DNA of 64,000 nt. Origin: Ignavibacteriota bacterium. GTDB taxonomy: Bacteria; Bacteroidota; Ignavibacteria; UBA10030. The stretch lies in assembly GCA_963727825.1 (NCBI GenBank), contig CAVSHO010000001.1, positions 160,001-224,000 of the forward strand, written 5' to 3'. This document shows, piece by piece, positions 18,416-27,328 of this stretch; position 1 is the stretch's first letter, and each line of letters starts with the position of its first letter. Below the pieces are notes generated by a model. It was not told where the DNA came from. It ran no database searches and saw only the letters and a program-made list of their open reading frames with translations. The position numbers and the translations under genes were made by a program.

Positions 18416-21198
18416 GCGAACGCATCGTCCTCAGTTCAACAGATCATCTTATTGAAACTGTTGCTTCTCATCTGGAAGCGCAAGGAAGAGATTTCTCAAC
18501 TACCGCAATTGTTTTCCCAGGAAAACGCCCTGCGCATTTCTTGCGTAAAGAGCTTGCTCATCGTGCTGGCGGCAGTATTATTCCCCCAAAATTATTTTCT
18601 GTGGATGAATTTATTATTTCGCTTTATGAGCAACTTCATCCGGAGCCCGTACACGATCTGGAATCGATTGATGCTGTCGCATTGCTTTACCTCGTACATA
18701 ACGAATTAAAAGAACGGTTAGGCGGCAACTACTTTGCATCACTTGATGCATTCATTCCAATTGGATTGAAGTTGTTTGGTGAACTGGAAGAACTCAAGCT
18801 GGCTCATCTTCCCGAAAGAAAAATAAAAGAAGTAATATCAGCACTTACATACAACCGGCTATTCTCGCTTGTTGATTATTATACAAAGTTCTACATGCTT
18901 GTTGCAGAAAAAGGTTTTACGACGCGTGCTGTCCGTTACGCAGAAGTTGCCGAAAATATCGATGAATTGGATCTCAGTGGCTTCACCCAGATTATTGTGG
19001 CAGGATTATTCAAGCTGACTCACGCCGAACAAATCATTTTTAATGATTTAGAAAAACGTTCAAACACGCTGTTTGTGTTTCAAGCGGATAAAATTGAAGA
19101 AGGAACGCCAGAACCAGAAATTCACTTCTATAAAGCATCCGATACGCACGGACAGGTCTTTGCACTTTCGGCTCTTATCAAGAAACAATTAGATAATGGC
19201 TCACAACTCGATGAACGCTCGGTGATTGTTCTGCCGACTGCCGATGCGCTCTTTCCTGTGGTACACCAAACACTTTCGCTTATGCCGCAGGAACAATATA
19301 ATATTGCGCTTGAATATCCGATGGCGCGCACACCGATTTACGGTTTTCTTAATAACCTAATGAAATTGTTATGCACGAAGCAAGGAGAACGGTACTCAGC
19401 AGCACACTATATAAAATTTATTTTGCATCCATACACTAAAAACATTCGCTTTGGAAATCGAACTGATATCACACGCATACTTTTTCATGCTATAGAATCG
19501 GAGCTGACGAAAGATAAATCTAAAATTCTGTTGACGTTAGAAGAGATAGAGCAGTCGGATGAAATCTTTACGAATATCTCATTAGCAATTTCAGATTCTG
19601 ACATTAAAGTTACATCGGAGCAAATGAGAGAACATCTTCTTGTTATACATTCAAGCACTATCCATATTCTTGAAAATATTGTCTCAGTTAAAGAATTCGC
19701 ACACAATATCATAAAAGTTCTTACTTACATTTACGATCAAAGCACCGCTTGTCTACACCCGCTGTTTCGTCCTTATGCAGAAGCATTGTTAAAAGTGTTT
19801 CTGCACTTAGAAGAGTCGTTTGTTGGAAGTGCATCGTTTCGCGATACCTCTGGGTACTTCAATTTCCTTCAGCAGTATGTAGCCCTTCAAGATGTTCCGT
19901 TCCCCGGCACACCGCTTCGTGGTTTGCAAGTGCTCGGTTTATTAGAAACGCGTAGTCTGCACTTCGATGATGTATATTTTTTAAATGTGAATGACAACGT
20001 AGTACCCGGCGGCATCGGCGGCGACATGCTTTTGCCGCAGCAACTGCGTGAAAAATTAGGATTGGAGACTAGGCGCGATCGGGATAAATTAAGCGAGTAT
20101 TATTTTTATCTGCTTGTGCGCGGAGCAAAACGGGTACATCTATTTTATTCGGAATCAGGGGAGAGTGATAAGAGCCGATTCGTTGAGCAATTGCTGTGGG
20201 AACGCCAGAAACGGGATGGTTCGAACTCATCCGACAATTACATTCAGACAGTGCGTTATCAAGTGAAACTTGCCAATGAAGCAGTTCGGCCAATTCCAAA
20301 ATCGACTGATGTGCTCGCAATGATGCATGGATTTACGTACAGCTCAAGCTCGTTAGATACGTATCTGCAATGTCCGATTAAATTCTATTACAGACACATT
20401 TTGCACATACAAGAAAAAGAAGAAGCATCGACCGACCTCGATAATCAGGATATCGGTATCTTTGTCCACGAGGTTCTAAAAAAATTCTTTGAACCATGTA
20501 TAGGAAGGAGATTAGAAACACACGATCTATTGCCTGAGCGCATGAGACAAATAGTAGATGACTTGTTCACATTGAAATTCGGAACGGATCCGGCAGGAGC
20601 GGCATATTTGCTGAAACGTCAAATTCAACGGCAATTAGAATCACTTCTCAAAGATTACCAACAGCCGGTGTCAGAGGAAAATGAAATTATTCTTAAGGGA
20701 CTTGAAGAAAAGATTTCCGTCCATACATTAGGAGCAAAGTTTGAAGGGCGCCTTGACCGTATTGAACAACGCGGCAATAAGATTTTCATTCTCGATTATA
20801 AAACTGGACCAAAACCAAGTAAGCCGCCGATTAATTTCGGCAAACTCAATCTTAATGAACGGGAAAGCTGGAGTGAAGCAGTTATGTCTTTGCAGCTGCC
20901 GATGTATCTATTGTTGTTTAGTATTTATACAAAAACTGCGATAGAAGAAATCGTTCCTGCGTACCTCTATCTTGGTAAGAACCGGCTCAGCAAGGAATGT
21001 GAAGAGGCTTTTATGGAGGGCACAGAAGAACGGGCGGCTGGTTTTGAGCAAATCAAACAGTTCATCGAGCTTTTACTGAAAGAGATAAACGACAGTGATA
21101 TTCCTTTCTTGCCGCCTGTCGATCTCAGCAAGACTTGTCCGCGTTGCCCTTATACCGGATTTTGCGGCACAGCATGGGTGCAGGGTTGGAAGGTATAA
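18412..21198 (+). CDS. AddB-like inactive-helicase/PD-(D/E)XK nuclease with Fe-S cysteines
   Basis: ATGA overlap with the helicase gene; GLQVLGLLETR, YLQCP, GRLDRI..ILDYKTG, QLPMY, CPRCPYTGFC. Confidence 0.88.
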   Translation: MSERIVLSSTDHLIETVASHLEAQGRDFSTTAIVFPGKRPAHFLRKELAHRAGGSIIPPKLFSVDEFIISLYEQLHPEPVHDLESIDAVALLYLVHNELKERLGGNYFASLDAFIPIGLKLFGELEELKLAHLPERKIKEVISALTYNRLFSLVDYYTKFYMLVAEKGFTTRAVRYAEVAENIDELDLSGFTQIIVAGLFKLTHAEQIIFNDLEKRSNTLFVFQADKIEEGTPEPEIHFYKASDTHGQVFALSALIKKQLDNGSQLDERSVIVLPTADALFPVVHQTLSLMPQEQYNIALEYPMARTPIYGFLNNLMKLLCTKQGERYSAAHYIKFILHPYTKNIRFGNRTDITRILFHAIESELTKDKSKILLTLEEIEQSDEIFTNISLAISDSDIKVTSEQMREHLLVIHSSTIHILENIVSVKEFAHNIIKVLTYIYDQSTACLHPLFRPYAEALLKVFLHLEESFVGSASFRDTSGYFNFLQQYVALQDVPFPGTPLRGLQVLGLLETRSLHFDDVYFLNVNDNVVPGGIGGDMLLPQQLREKLGLETRRDRDKLSEYYFYLLVRGAKRVHLFYSESGESDKSRFVEQLLWERQKRDGSNSSDNYIQTVRYQVKLANEAVRPIPKSTDVLAMMHGFTYSSSSLDTYLQCPIKFYYRHILHIQEKEEASTDLDNQDIGIFVHEVLKKFFEPCIGRRLETHDLLPERMRQIVDDLFTLKFGTDPAGAAYLLKRQIQRQLESLLKDYQQPVSEENEIILKGLEEKISVHTLGAKFEGRLDRIEQRGNKIFILDYKTGPKPSKPPINFGKLNLNERESWSEAVMSLQLPMYLLLFSIYTKTAIEEIVPAYLYLGKNRLSKECEEAFMEGTEERAAGFEQIKQFIELLLKEINDSDIPFLPPVDLSKTCPRCPYTGFCGTAWVQGWKV

Positions 21199-21406
21199 GT
21201 AGAGAATAAAAAAACCTGATTGCGTAACTTTGCACAAATGCCATATCTTGAAATAGGAACAAAATACCAGCATAAAACGTTTGTACTATTAAAAGCAACA
21301 ATTATTAGCAGGTAAGATAAATATTTATAAGATATTTCAGTGTATTCCATTAAACTCATAGAGATGATGATGCATCTAATTAATAGACAATAGACTTGGA
21401 GGTAAT

Positions 21407-21859
21407 ATGAAACACAAATTAATTATACTCGCCTTCATTGTGGCAAGTGTTGGCTTTGCCGGATGTGCTGCTGAGCAATATACACAAATGCATAAAGAAC
21501 ATTCAATGAAGATAGATACGCTTCGGGCGATGAAAATGGAAGATGTGATCGCTTTATCGAAAGCCGGAGTGAGTGACAGTCTCATCATTGGAATGATGGA
21601 TGCAACAGATTCGTGGTTCCAATTAAAGACACAGGATGTTATTAATCTCAGAAACGCCGGTGTGAGTGAGAAAGTGATCGCGGCAATGATGCAGCCGCCA
21701 CCGCAGCCATCTGGCAAAACAGGCGATTCGAATGCGGTACGATATTATGCCTATCCTTCGCTTTTCTGGTATGATGGATTTTATCCGTATTGGTATTATC
21801 CTGCATTTGGATATCGTTCGTATCATCCTATGTATTTCCATAGTAGGCGATTCCATTGA
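21407..21859 (+). CDS. Lipoprotein with two helical repeats and an aromatic-rich tail
   Basis: GGAGG RBS; lipobox FAGC; repeats DVIALSKAGVSDSLI and DVINLRNAGVSEKVI; Y/P/W-rich C-terminus. Confidence 0.8.
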   Translation: MKHKLIILAFIVASVGFAGCAAEQYTQMHKEHSMKIDTLRAMKMEDVIALSKAGVSDSLIIGMMDATDSWFQLKTQDVINLRNAGVSEKVIAAMMQPPPQPSGKTGDSNAVRYYAYPSLFWYDGFYPYWYYPAFGYRSYHPMYFHSRRFH

Positions 21860-22070
21860 GCCATAGCTGAATGAATGTGAGAATTATAGAACCAATCGGT
21901 TGATGTGTATAATAGGGAATGAGTCGAGATTTGCGGTGCTCCACTCATTTTGGCCGCATTCACAGAGATCGAGAAATGAAATAAACAGAAATGAATTCAT
22001 AGATAATGTTATTTGATTCTATGCTTCATTTGTAATGATATTCACGTTCCGGCGCAAATTCTTTCTATCG

Positions 22071-22691
22071 CTAAACTGTCCAAATTCTCAGAAGAGCCGC
22101 CGCGATCTGACACACGCCAAGCATCGCAAGTATTATTGCTGATATAAGAATAAGTGCGCGCCTGCCGCTTGATCCCAGAAAGCGTGTTGTTCCGAAAAGG
22201 AAAATAGTACACGCCAAAACAGTGACCATCGTTGTGTAAAAGGCGATGATGAGCACAACAGCACTCGTAGAATTTTGGTGCCATGCTGCCAAGACAGCGG
22301 GTCCTAAAACCAAACTCCAGCCGAGATAAGGATTGGGGTTAAGCATATTTATTGTTGTCGCTTGCATAAGAGTACGTGGCGCCGAGTTGTTTGTATTAGA
22401 CTCTGTTTTGGTTTGTTGTTTCCATTGCTTATAACTTGCCCATGCTAAATATGCTAGAAAAATACCGCCTCCTGCTTGTAGAATCCTGCTCATTGTTTCT
22501 GGGATGCGATTGAGTACAAATAGAGTAAGAATTGCGATAGGCCCGTCACTAAGAAGTGGGGCGAAAGAGGCAGGCAATGTGCGTCGCCAGCCTTTCTGCA
22601 CAACACTGGATAAAAGAAATGCTTGCAAAGGACCGGGCTGAATAGCTGCAGCGAAAGCGAACCCACATCCGATGAGAAAATATTCGAGCAT
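22071..22691 (-). CDS. LysE family translocator
   Basis: QPGPLQ, GGGIFLAYLAW, INMLNPNPYLGW; about 6 TMs. Confidence 0.85.
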   Translation of the reverse strand: MLEYFLIGCGFAFAAAIQPGPLQAFLLSSVVQKGWRRTLPASFAPLLSDGPIAILTLFVLNRIPETMSRILQAGGGIFLAYLAWASYKQWKQQTKTESNTNNSAPRTLMQATTINMLNPNPYLGWSLVLGPAVLAAWHQNSTSAVVLIIAFYTTMVTVLACTIFLFGTTRFLGSSGRRALILISAIILAMLGVCQIAAALLRIWTV

Positions 22692-22822
22692 TTTTTCAGT
22701 CCTTCTTGTTAGGATTCATGTCGAGCGGAAAAATCGGGCGAAGAGCAACGAATTAGCTAACGTAATTTTTTTTTAATCATAAAAAAAATATCATACAACG
22801 ATTGATCTTACTATATGGGCCT

Positions 22823-23020
22823 TCACATTTTAAGGAATTCAAGTAATTTATACATTAAAATAGCCGGCCATACCAACGCTTTGATAAAGCCCAATACACC
22901 GTCCCAGAAGGAGGCTGAGTGTTGTATAAAGTAAACGGCTGCCCCAATAAACGCCAAACCGTAAACACTGCTAAAAGTTATATTGTTATTCGCTGCCCTT
23001 TTATTATCATAATCTTGCAT
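22823..23020 (-). CDS. Small two-TM membrane protein
   Basis: AGGAG RBS; VYGLAFIGAAVYFIQH..FWDGVLGFIKALVWPA. Confidence 0.75.
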   Translation of the reverse strand: MQDYDNKRAANNNITFSSVYGLAFIGAAVYFIQHSASFWDGVLGFIKALVWPAILMYKLLEFLKM

Positions 23021-23296
23021 GGTTATCTCCTATAGTCGATATTGGATTATGTTACGTTTGCCAGTGGAAAAATTGCGGGTTATGCCATCACCATTTATAA
23101 ATAATTACCAAGAATTTTTCTACAAGGAATCTTTTTCTTTCATCGACAAAGGTCTATCATTTGCCATGGTTTCAGCTTTGGCAATTCTATTTTCTCATTC
23201 ACTGTTTTTCTTTACTTGAGCTTTTTGTTTACGAGTTAGTTATGAAGGTGTTTTCTGTTTCGTGCTTGAAGAATCAATCTGAATACTTTCCTACTA

Positions 23297-23785
23297 TTAA
23301 TCGAACTCCTTACGAGGCTTGGATTGCTCCAACCCAACTTTGCCGATAATGATATCAGCTTTGAAATAATTTTCACCTCTTATAGGCGCGCCTGATAAAC
23401 GTCTCAGCATAGCAAGTTGGCCAACATGCGTGAAAGCATCCGCAATCGGCCCCTGGAACAACTTATCTAATGGGCATGCGATTGGGGAATTGCTTGCCAA
23501 GTATGTATCGAACTTCTGCAAAGAATCGCAGAAACGGGCAACCTCACGATTCCAATCCTGAGGGTGGGAGTCAAGCCAAATCTCCTCTCCTTTTAACATT
23601 GAAAGCGCCCAATCAAAAAGATCGCCCATATGGGCAAGGATTTCAACTGGTGCCCGGGATTTTGTATCCACACGAAAAGTTGCGAAGGTATCGGGAACGT
23701 CACGAATCGTTTTCGTTGCTCGATAAGCCAAGCTGGCAGCAATATGCCGAAACATTTCGCGATTGTGTTCAGATTTCATTGTCAA
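23297..23785 (-). CDS. DinB/YfiT-like four-helix protein
   Basis: P.EILAHM, DAFTHVGQLAMLRR..G.P motifs. Confidence 0.7.
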   Translation of the reverse strand: MTMKSEHNREMFRHIAASLAYRATKTIRDVPDTFATFRVDTKSRAPVEILAHMGDLFDWALSMLKGEEIWLDSHPQDWNREVARFCDSLQKFDTYLASNSPIACPLDKLFQGPIADAFTHVGQLAMLRRLSGAPIRGENYFKADIIIGKVGLEQSKPRKEFD

Positions 23786-23817
23786 ACTATCCTCATGAGT
23801 CTATATAATGCAATCGC

Positions 23818-24432
23818 CTAACGCTGTTTTTGTTCTTCATGTATTGGGTGATCAGCAAACGCCAGTTTTGATGTCACGACGATCCGTTCCTGTTCGATGA
23901 CAAGGTTTTGGGCAACAGGCTTGATAAAAATCGTTTTCTTGCTTCCGTCCGGAAGCGCAACGTCGACACTTGCTTGCATCGGTTGCGGGCCCGCGAATTC
24001 GAATTCCGGCTTATAGAACCTCGCAGCATCGATGTCTGTGATATGGATTTTCTTTCCGAAAATTTTAATGTACACTTCAAAGGTAGCATGTAGAACTTTG
24101 ATCGAGATTCTGTTCGATTCCGGGTGAAAAAGGACATCTACATTCCCGGACGCTTCTGAACCATAGGATAACGGTCCGGCGTGGATGTCTGCATCTGCAA
24201 TGAATCGCGCCTGATTCGGACGCAATTCGATTCGGGCATTGCGGAGAGTCCAAGTGTAATCTCCATGCATTCCGAGTACATTATATTGATCTTTGCCACT
24301 AATGGGACCAATGGCATTAAAGAAACCGTTCAGTGTATTCTGGTGAATGATCACTGTTGCATCGGGAGGTGGTACAGGATTTCCTGTCTGAAAACAGATC
24401 AGTGTTGTAAGAATGAAAAGAGATGTTATCAT
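23818..24432 (-). CDS. Secreted hypothetical beta-rich protein
   Basis: AAGGA RBS, signal peptide, 204-aa ORF. Confidence 0.7.
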   Translation of the reverse strand: MITSLFILTTLICFQTGNPVPPPDATVIIHQNTLNGFFNAIGPISGKDQYNVLGMHGDYTWTLRNARIELRPNQARFIADADIHAGPLSYGSEASGNVDVLFHPESNRISIKVLHATFEVYIKIFGKKIHITDIDAARFYKPEFEFAGPQPMQASVDVALPDGSKKTIFIKPVAQNLVIEQERIVVTSKLAFADHPIHEEQKQR

Positions 24433-24460
24433 TGTAATTCCTTTAAGATTGTACTTTTAG

Positions 24461-24556
24461 ATTTAACAAATTGATTGCATATCTATTTCCTTGTGAGCTT
24501 CACCCGTGTAAAGGTTTGCAGTATTCCATCTTAGGCATGAGAGCCGCCAGTAAGGC
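24461..24556 (-). repeat. Degenerate attC-like site
   Basis: Minus strand: GCCTTAC (R''-like, one mismatch) 6 nt after the stop at 24563, and GTTAAAT (R') about 29 nt before the next ATG; internal stem not evident. Confidence 0.3.
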
Positions 24557-24562
24557 AGTTCT

Positions 24563-24784
24563 TCATTCCATTATTTGTCTTAGTTTTTTCTGAAATCTTA
24601 TTTTATCAAAACCCTCTGTAAGCGTTGTTACTCCCAACATTAATAAAATTGGGTGAATGATATTGTCTCTTGAAAATAGAAATGCAGCTATGAAAGTCAA
24701 GAGGCCGAGGACTTGCAAATATATTGTTTCTTTCTTTGAAGGCATAAGTTTTTCAAGTTCCTCAATTTTTATTTCAGTTTTCAT
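24563..24784 (-). CDS. Small two-TM hypothetical protein
   Basis: MKTEIKIEELEK start after a G-rich RBS; two hydrophobic segments. Confidence 0.55.
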   Translation of the reverse strand: MKTEIKIEELEKLMPSKKETIYLQVLGLLTFIAAFLFSRDNIIHPILLMLGVTTLTEGFDKIRFQKKLRQIME

Positions 24785-24898
24785 ATAACCCCCAGCGTTT
24801 AATTTAGACACTAAATTAATTTTAGTGATTGACTACATATCAGAATTATAATCTTCATTGTTTTCCTTTGCCGCCAATTGTTAACAGGGAAGGGAATT

Positions 24899-25267
24899 TC
24901 AAAACAGCAGCCATTTCCTGGCTTCATCAAAAGTACGAAATACTTTTGGTTCAAATCCCACCTCTTCTGAAAAAACGGAACCCATACGCATCAGACCATA
25001 CGGCAAATCTTTTGGAGCAACCAAAGCAATACGATTATTGAAACGTTTAGCCAGAGGTGCAAGAGAGTGTGCCATGGTTATGACATCTTCCCGAGACCTA
25101 TTATAAATACTTCGAGAATCACTCAGATTAATCAATATGAAAGGGTTGGCCGGACACATAGAATCAGCAAGCGAGTTAAGAATAATAGTGCGAATATCGT
25201 CCATTGAATATTCACCAGCCAATTCTACGACAACAATATTAGAATCGAATCGATATGCCACCGGCAT
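24899..25267 (-). CDS. STAS/SEC14 (SpoIIAA-like) domain protein
   Basis: AAGGAGG RBS; RIALVAP..L.YGLMRM..VFRTFDEARKWL. Confidence 0.75.
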   Translation of the reverse strand: MPVAYRFDSNIVVVELAGEYSMDDIRTIILNSLADSMCPANPFILINLSDSRSIYNRSREDVITMAHSLAPLAKRFNNRIALVAPKDLPYGLMRMGSVFSEEVGFEPKVFRTFDEARKWLLF

Positions 25268-25310
25268 TCTGTTACCCCTCCTTTCTTATAATTACATATA
25301 ATCTTTTACT

Positions 25311-25363
25311 GCCTAATGGGTAATTTACTCGCCATCTTTTAGGCAGAAACGCCTCGGTTAGGC
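25311..25363 (-). repeat. Degenerate/internally deleted attC site
   Basis: Minus strand GCCTAAC just after the stop at 25374, and ATTAGGC (R' with G>A) before the next gene. Confidence 0.5.
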
Positions 25364-25373
25364 GCTTTACTAT

Positions 25374-25808
25374 TTAATTCTGCATTACTTTAATTTTTTC
25401 AGCAGTGGATTTTAGAGTTGATATTGTATATTGTTCCTCACATTTTTTCCATTCTTCGTTGCCTGCAAATGCCATAACTCCAAACAATGGTAGGACGGTA
25501 CAAATAATCAATAAACCTATAGCAACTTTTATAGAAAGAATTAAAAGTAATAAAGTTGAAACAATTCCACCCCGCAAAAGTACATAATCGAATAGAATAA
25601 ATCTTGTTTTCCCTTGAACGCGAATCTTCTCCCAATTCAATAATCGCCTCTTATGAGCCAGTATCTCTGAATAGAAGATTAAAGCAATTATAATAAATCC
25701 GATTAGATTAAATCTAAAATTAGAAAAGCTAAATCCTTGTTTCCAATATATGATTGAAATGAATATTAGCGCAATAATAATTTGAATAATTAACGATTTC
25801 CTTTTCAT
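25374..25808 (-). CDS. Hypothetical membrane protein (cassette-like)
   Basis: MKRKSLII start, 4 TMs, WEKIRVQGKTRFIL..VLLRGG pattern; very AT-rich. Confidence 0.65.
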   Translation of the reverse strand: MKRKSLIIQIIIALIFISIIYWKQGFSFSNFRFNLIGFIIIALIFYSEILAHKRRLLNWEKIRVQGKTRFILFDYVLLRGGIVSTLLLLILSIKVAIGLLIICTVLPLFGVMAFAGNEEWKKCEEQYTISTLKSTAEKIKVMQN

Positions 25809-25869
25809 AGTAGAGCGCCTGGCTATGCCAACCACCAACAAGATAATACAAACACAACGCCAAAATTAC

Positions 25870-26145
25870 TTAATGAGAATTATTATGAGAACTATCCTTT
25901 AGCCGCAGAAGAGGTCTGTCCGGAACAAAAAGTTTAAGAGTATCAGATTTGTTCGGGCTTATTTCTTTCTTAATAGATTTATGCTCTTTAAGCATCTGTT
26001 TAGGTGTTTGTTTCTTCAATTTATTTTTCTGAACACCGGTAGTATCTGAAGATGCTGGTGCGGACTTATTTTCCTGTGTGGCCTTTGCCGTTAGAATATA
26101 GAATGTGAAACCTAAAGCTAGAGTGATTATCAAAAGTTTTTTCAT
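25870..26145 (-). CDS. Small secreted basic protein (cassette-like)
   Basis: GGAG RBS directly after the attC R' box; signal peptide MKKLLII..AKA. Confidence 0.65.
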   Translation of the reverse strand: MKKLLIITLALGFTFYILTAKATQENKSAPASSDTTGVQKNKLKKQTPKQMLKEHKSIKKEISPNKSDTLKLFVPDRPLLRLKDSSHNNSH

Positions 26146-26168
26146 AAATATTCTCCAGAATGGTAGTT

Positions 26169-26326
26169 ACCTAACGGATGGCAACTAAGCTGCGGCAACG
26201 ATAACCCGCAAGTTGCTGATAACGAAACAAGTTCATGCTGAAAAGTTTATTATTAAACATCTGAACCTCTACGCGCCATGCTTAACGTACCACGCTCATA
26301 CCGTCAGCTTGAGTTGCTGGTTAGGC
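26169..26326 (-). repeat. Integron attC recombination site
   Basis: Minus strand GCCTAAC-CA-GCAACT(C)AAGCTG(A)CGG ... CCGCAGCTTAGTTGC-CATCC-GTTAGGT: R''/R' boxes, paired L arms and two unpaired bases (G and T on the bottom strand). Confidence 0.85.
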
Positions 26327-27087
26327 AGCAAAATATTTGGTTTACGATAAATTCTTTTATTGTGATAATCTATATAATCTTGACAAATGGGAATCGCATC
26401 AATAGCGACATTGATTTTTCTTGGTTCAATCTGGATAGCACCGTAATCTAACTTTGCATGACAATTAGGACAAACACAGAGAATATTATCTCGTGAATCA
26501 GGTCCATTATGAGGAGTACCAAGCGGTTTGATATGATGAGATTCAGCGTATAATTGTCCATTATCGAACTCAACACGAAAACCACATACTTGGCAGCGAC
26601 ATTTATATAATTCCTTTATTTCTATAGAAAGTTTTGTATCACGAATAATTCTTCTGACCGTTATTGTTTCTCTACCTGGTTCATCTGGAGGAACCTCAAT
26701 ATCGCTAGCCTCTGAAATCTCTTCTGGTTCTGCAAATGTGAAGTTAGTATTGGCAGTTTGCGCATCATTAAAAGATCTCAAAGAAACGAATCGTTGAGAA
26801 CCATCTTTATATATATCAACAAATATTACATCGCCCACCTTGAGTGATTTGACAGGATTTATATATGGCGTATCAAAAAGAAGTTGATAATATGGCGACC
26901 AGCTAGACACAGAAGAATAGATGTGACCTATTGCCTTAGCACCATCAGGACAGATAATTGTCACATCCTGCCGCTCCTTAACGAATCCCTCCTTCTCCAT
27001 ACTTGGAAAATAACGCTTTGGGATTGTTATTGGATGCGTATGATAGTTAACAAAAGCCTCACCGATATTAAAAATAAATGTGATCAT
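26296..27087 (-). CDS. HNH endonuclease (McrA-like C-terminus) with uncharacterised N-terminal domain
   Basis: IIRDT..IKELY..CQVCG..YAESHHIKPLG.PHNGPD..NILCVCPNCHAKLD. Confidence 0.88.
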   Translation of the reverse strand: MITFIFNIGEAFVNYHTHPITIPKRYFPSMEKEGFVKERQDVTIICPDGAKAIGHIYSSVSSWSPYYQLLFDTPYINPVKSLKVGDVIFVDIYKDGSQRFVSLRSFNDAQTANTNFTFAEPEEISEASDIEVPPDEPGRETITVRRIIRDTKLSIEIKELYKCRCQVCGFRVEFDNGQLYAESHHIKPLGTPHNGPDSRDNILCVCPNCHAKLDYGAIQIEPRKINVAIDAIPICQDYIDYHNKRIYRKPNILLPNQQLKLTV

Positions 27088-27118
27088 ACTTGTTTAAATG
27101 AAGTTATTATATTTTGCT

Positions 27119-27140
27119 GCCTAACTAATGATTAGATAGA
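27119..27140 (-). other. Putative attI-like site at the head of the cassette array
   Basis: Minus strand TCTAAT-CATTA-GTTAGGC (inverted half-site, 5-nt spacer, GTTRRRY core); no upstream attC arm found. Confidence 0.4.
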
Positions 27141-27328
27141 GTAGCTTTATAATTCTTGCATATAGTCAAAAATTATAGACAAAAAGTGAAGCAGTCTTTT
27201 TCCCCGTTCTACTTTTTAAAATGTTGTTGTTCTGTATTAACTCCCGCACCTCATAATTCAAATACTCGGCATTAATCTACTGCACTCAATGCACTTTGTC
27301 AATAAATATAAGAATCCCAAAATTTCTA

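Noticed and set aside
22755-22761. GTTAGCT upstream of the LysE gene as an attC R' box
   Set aside because: It does not match GTTRRRY and no partner arm was found
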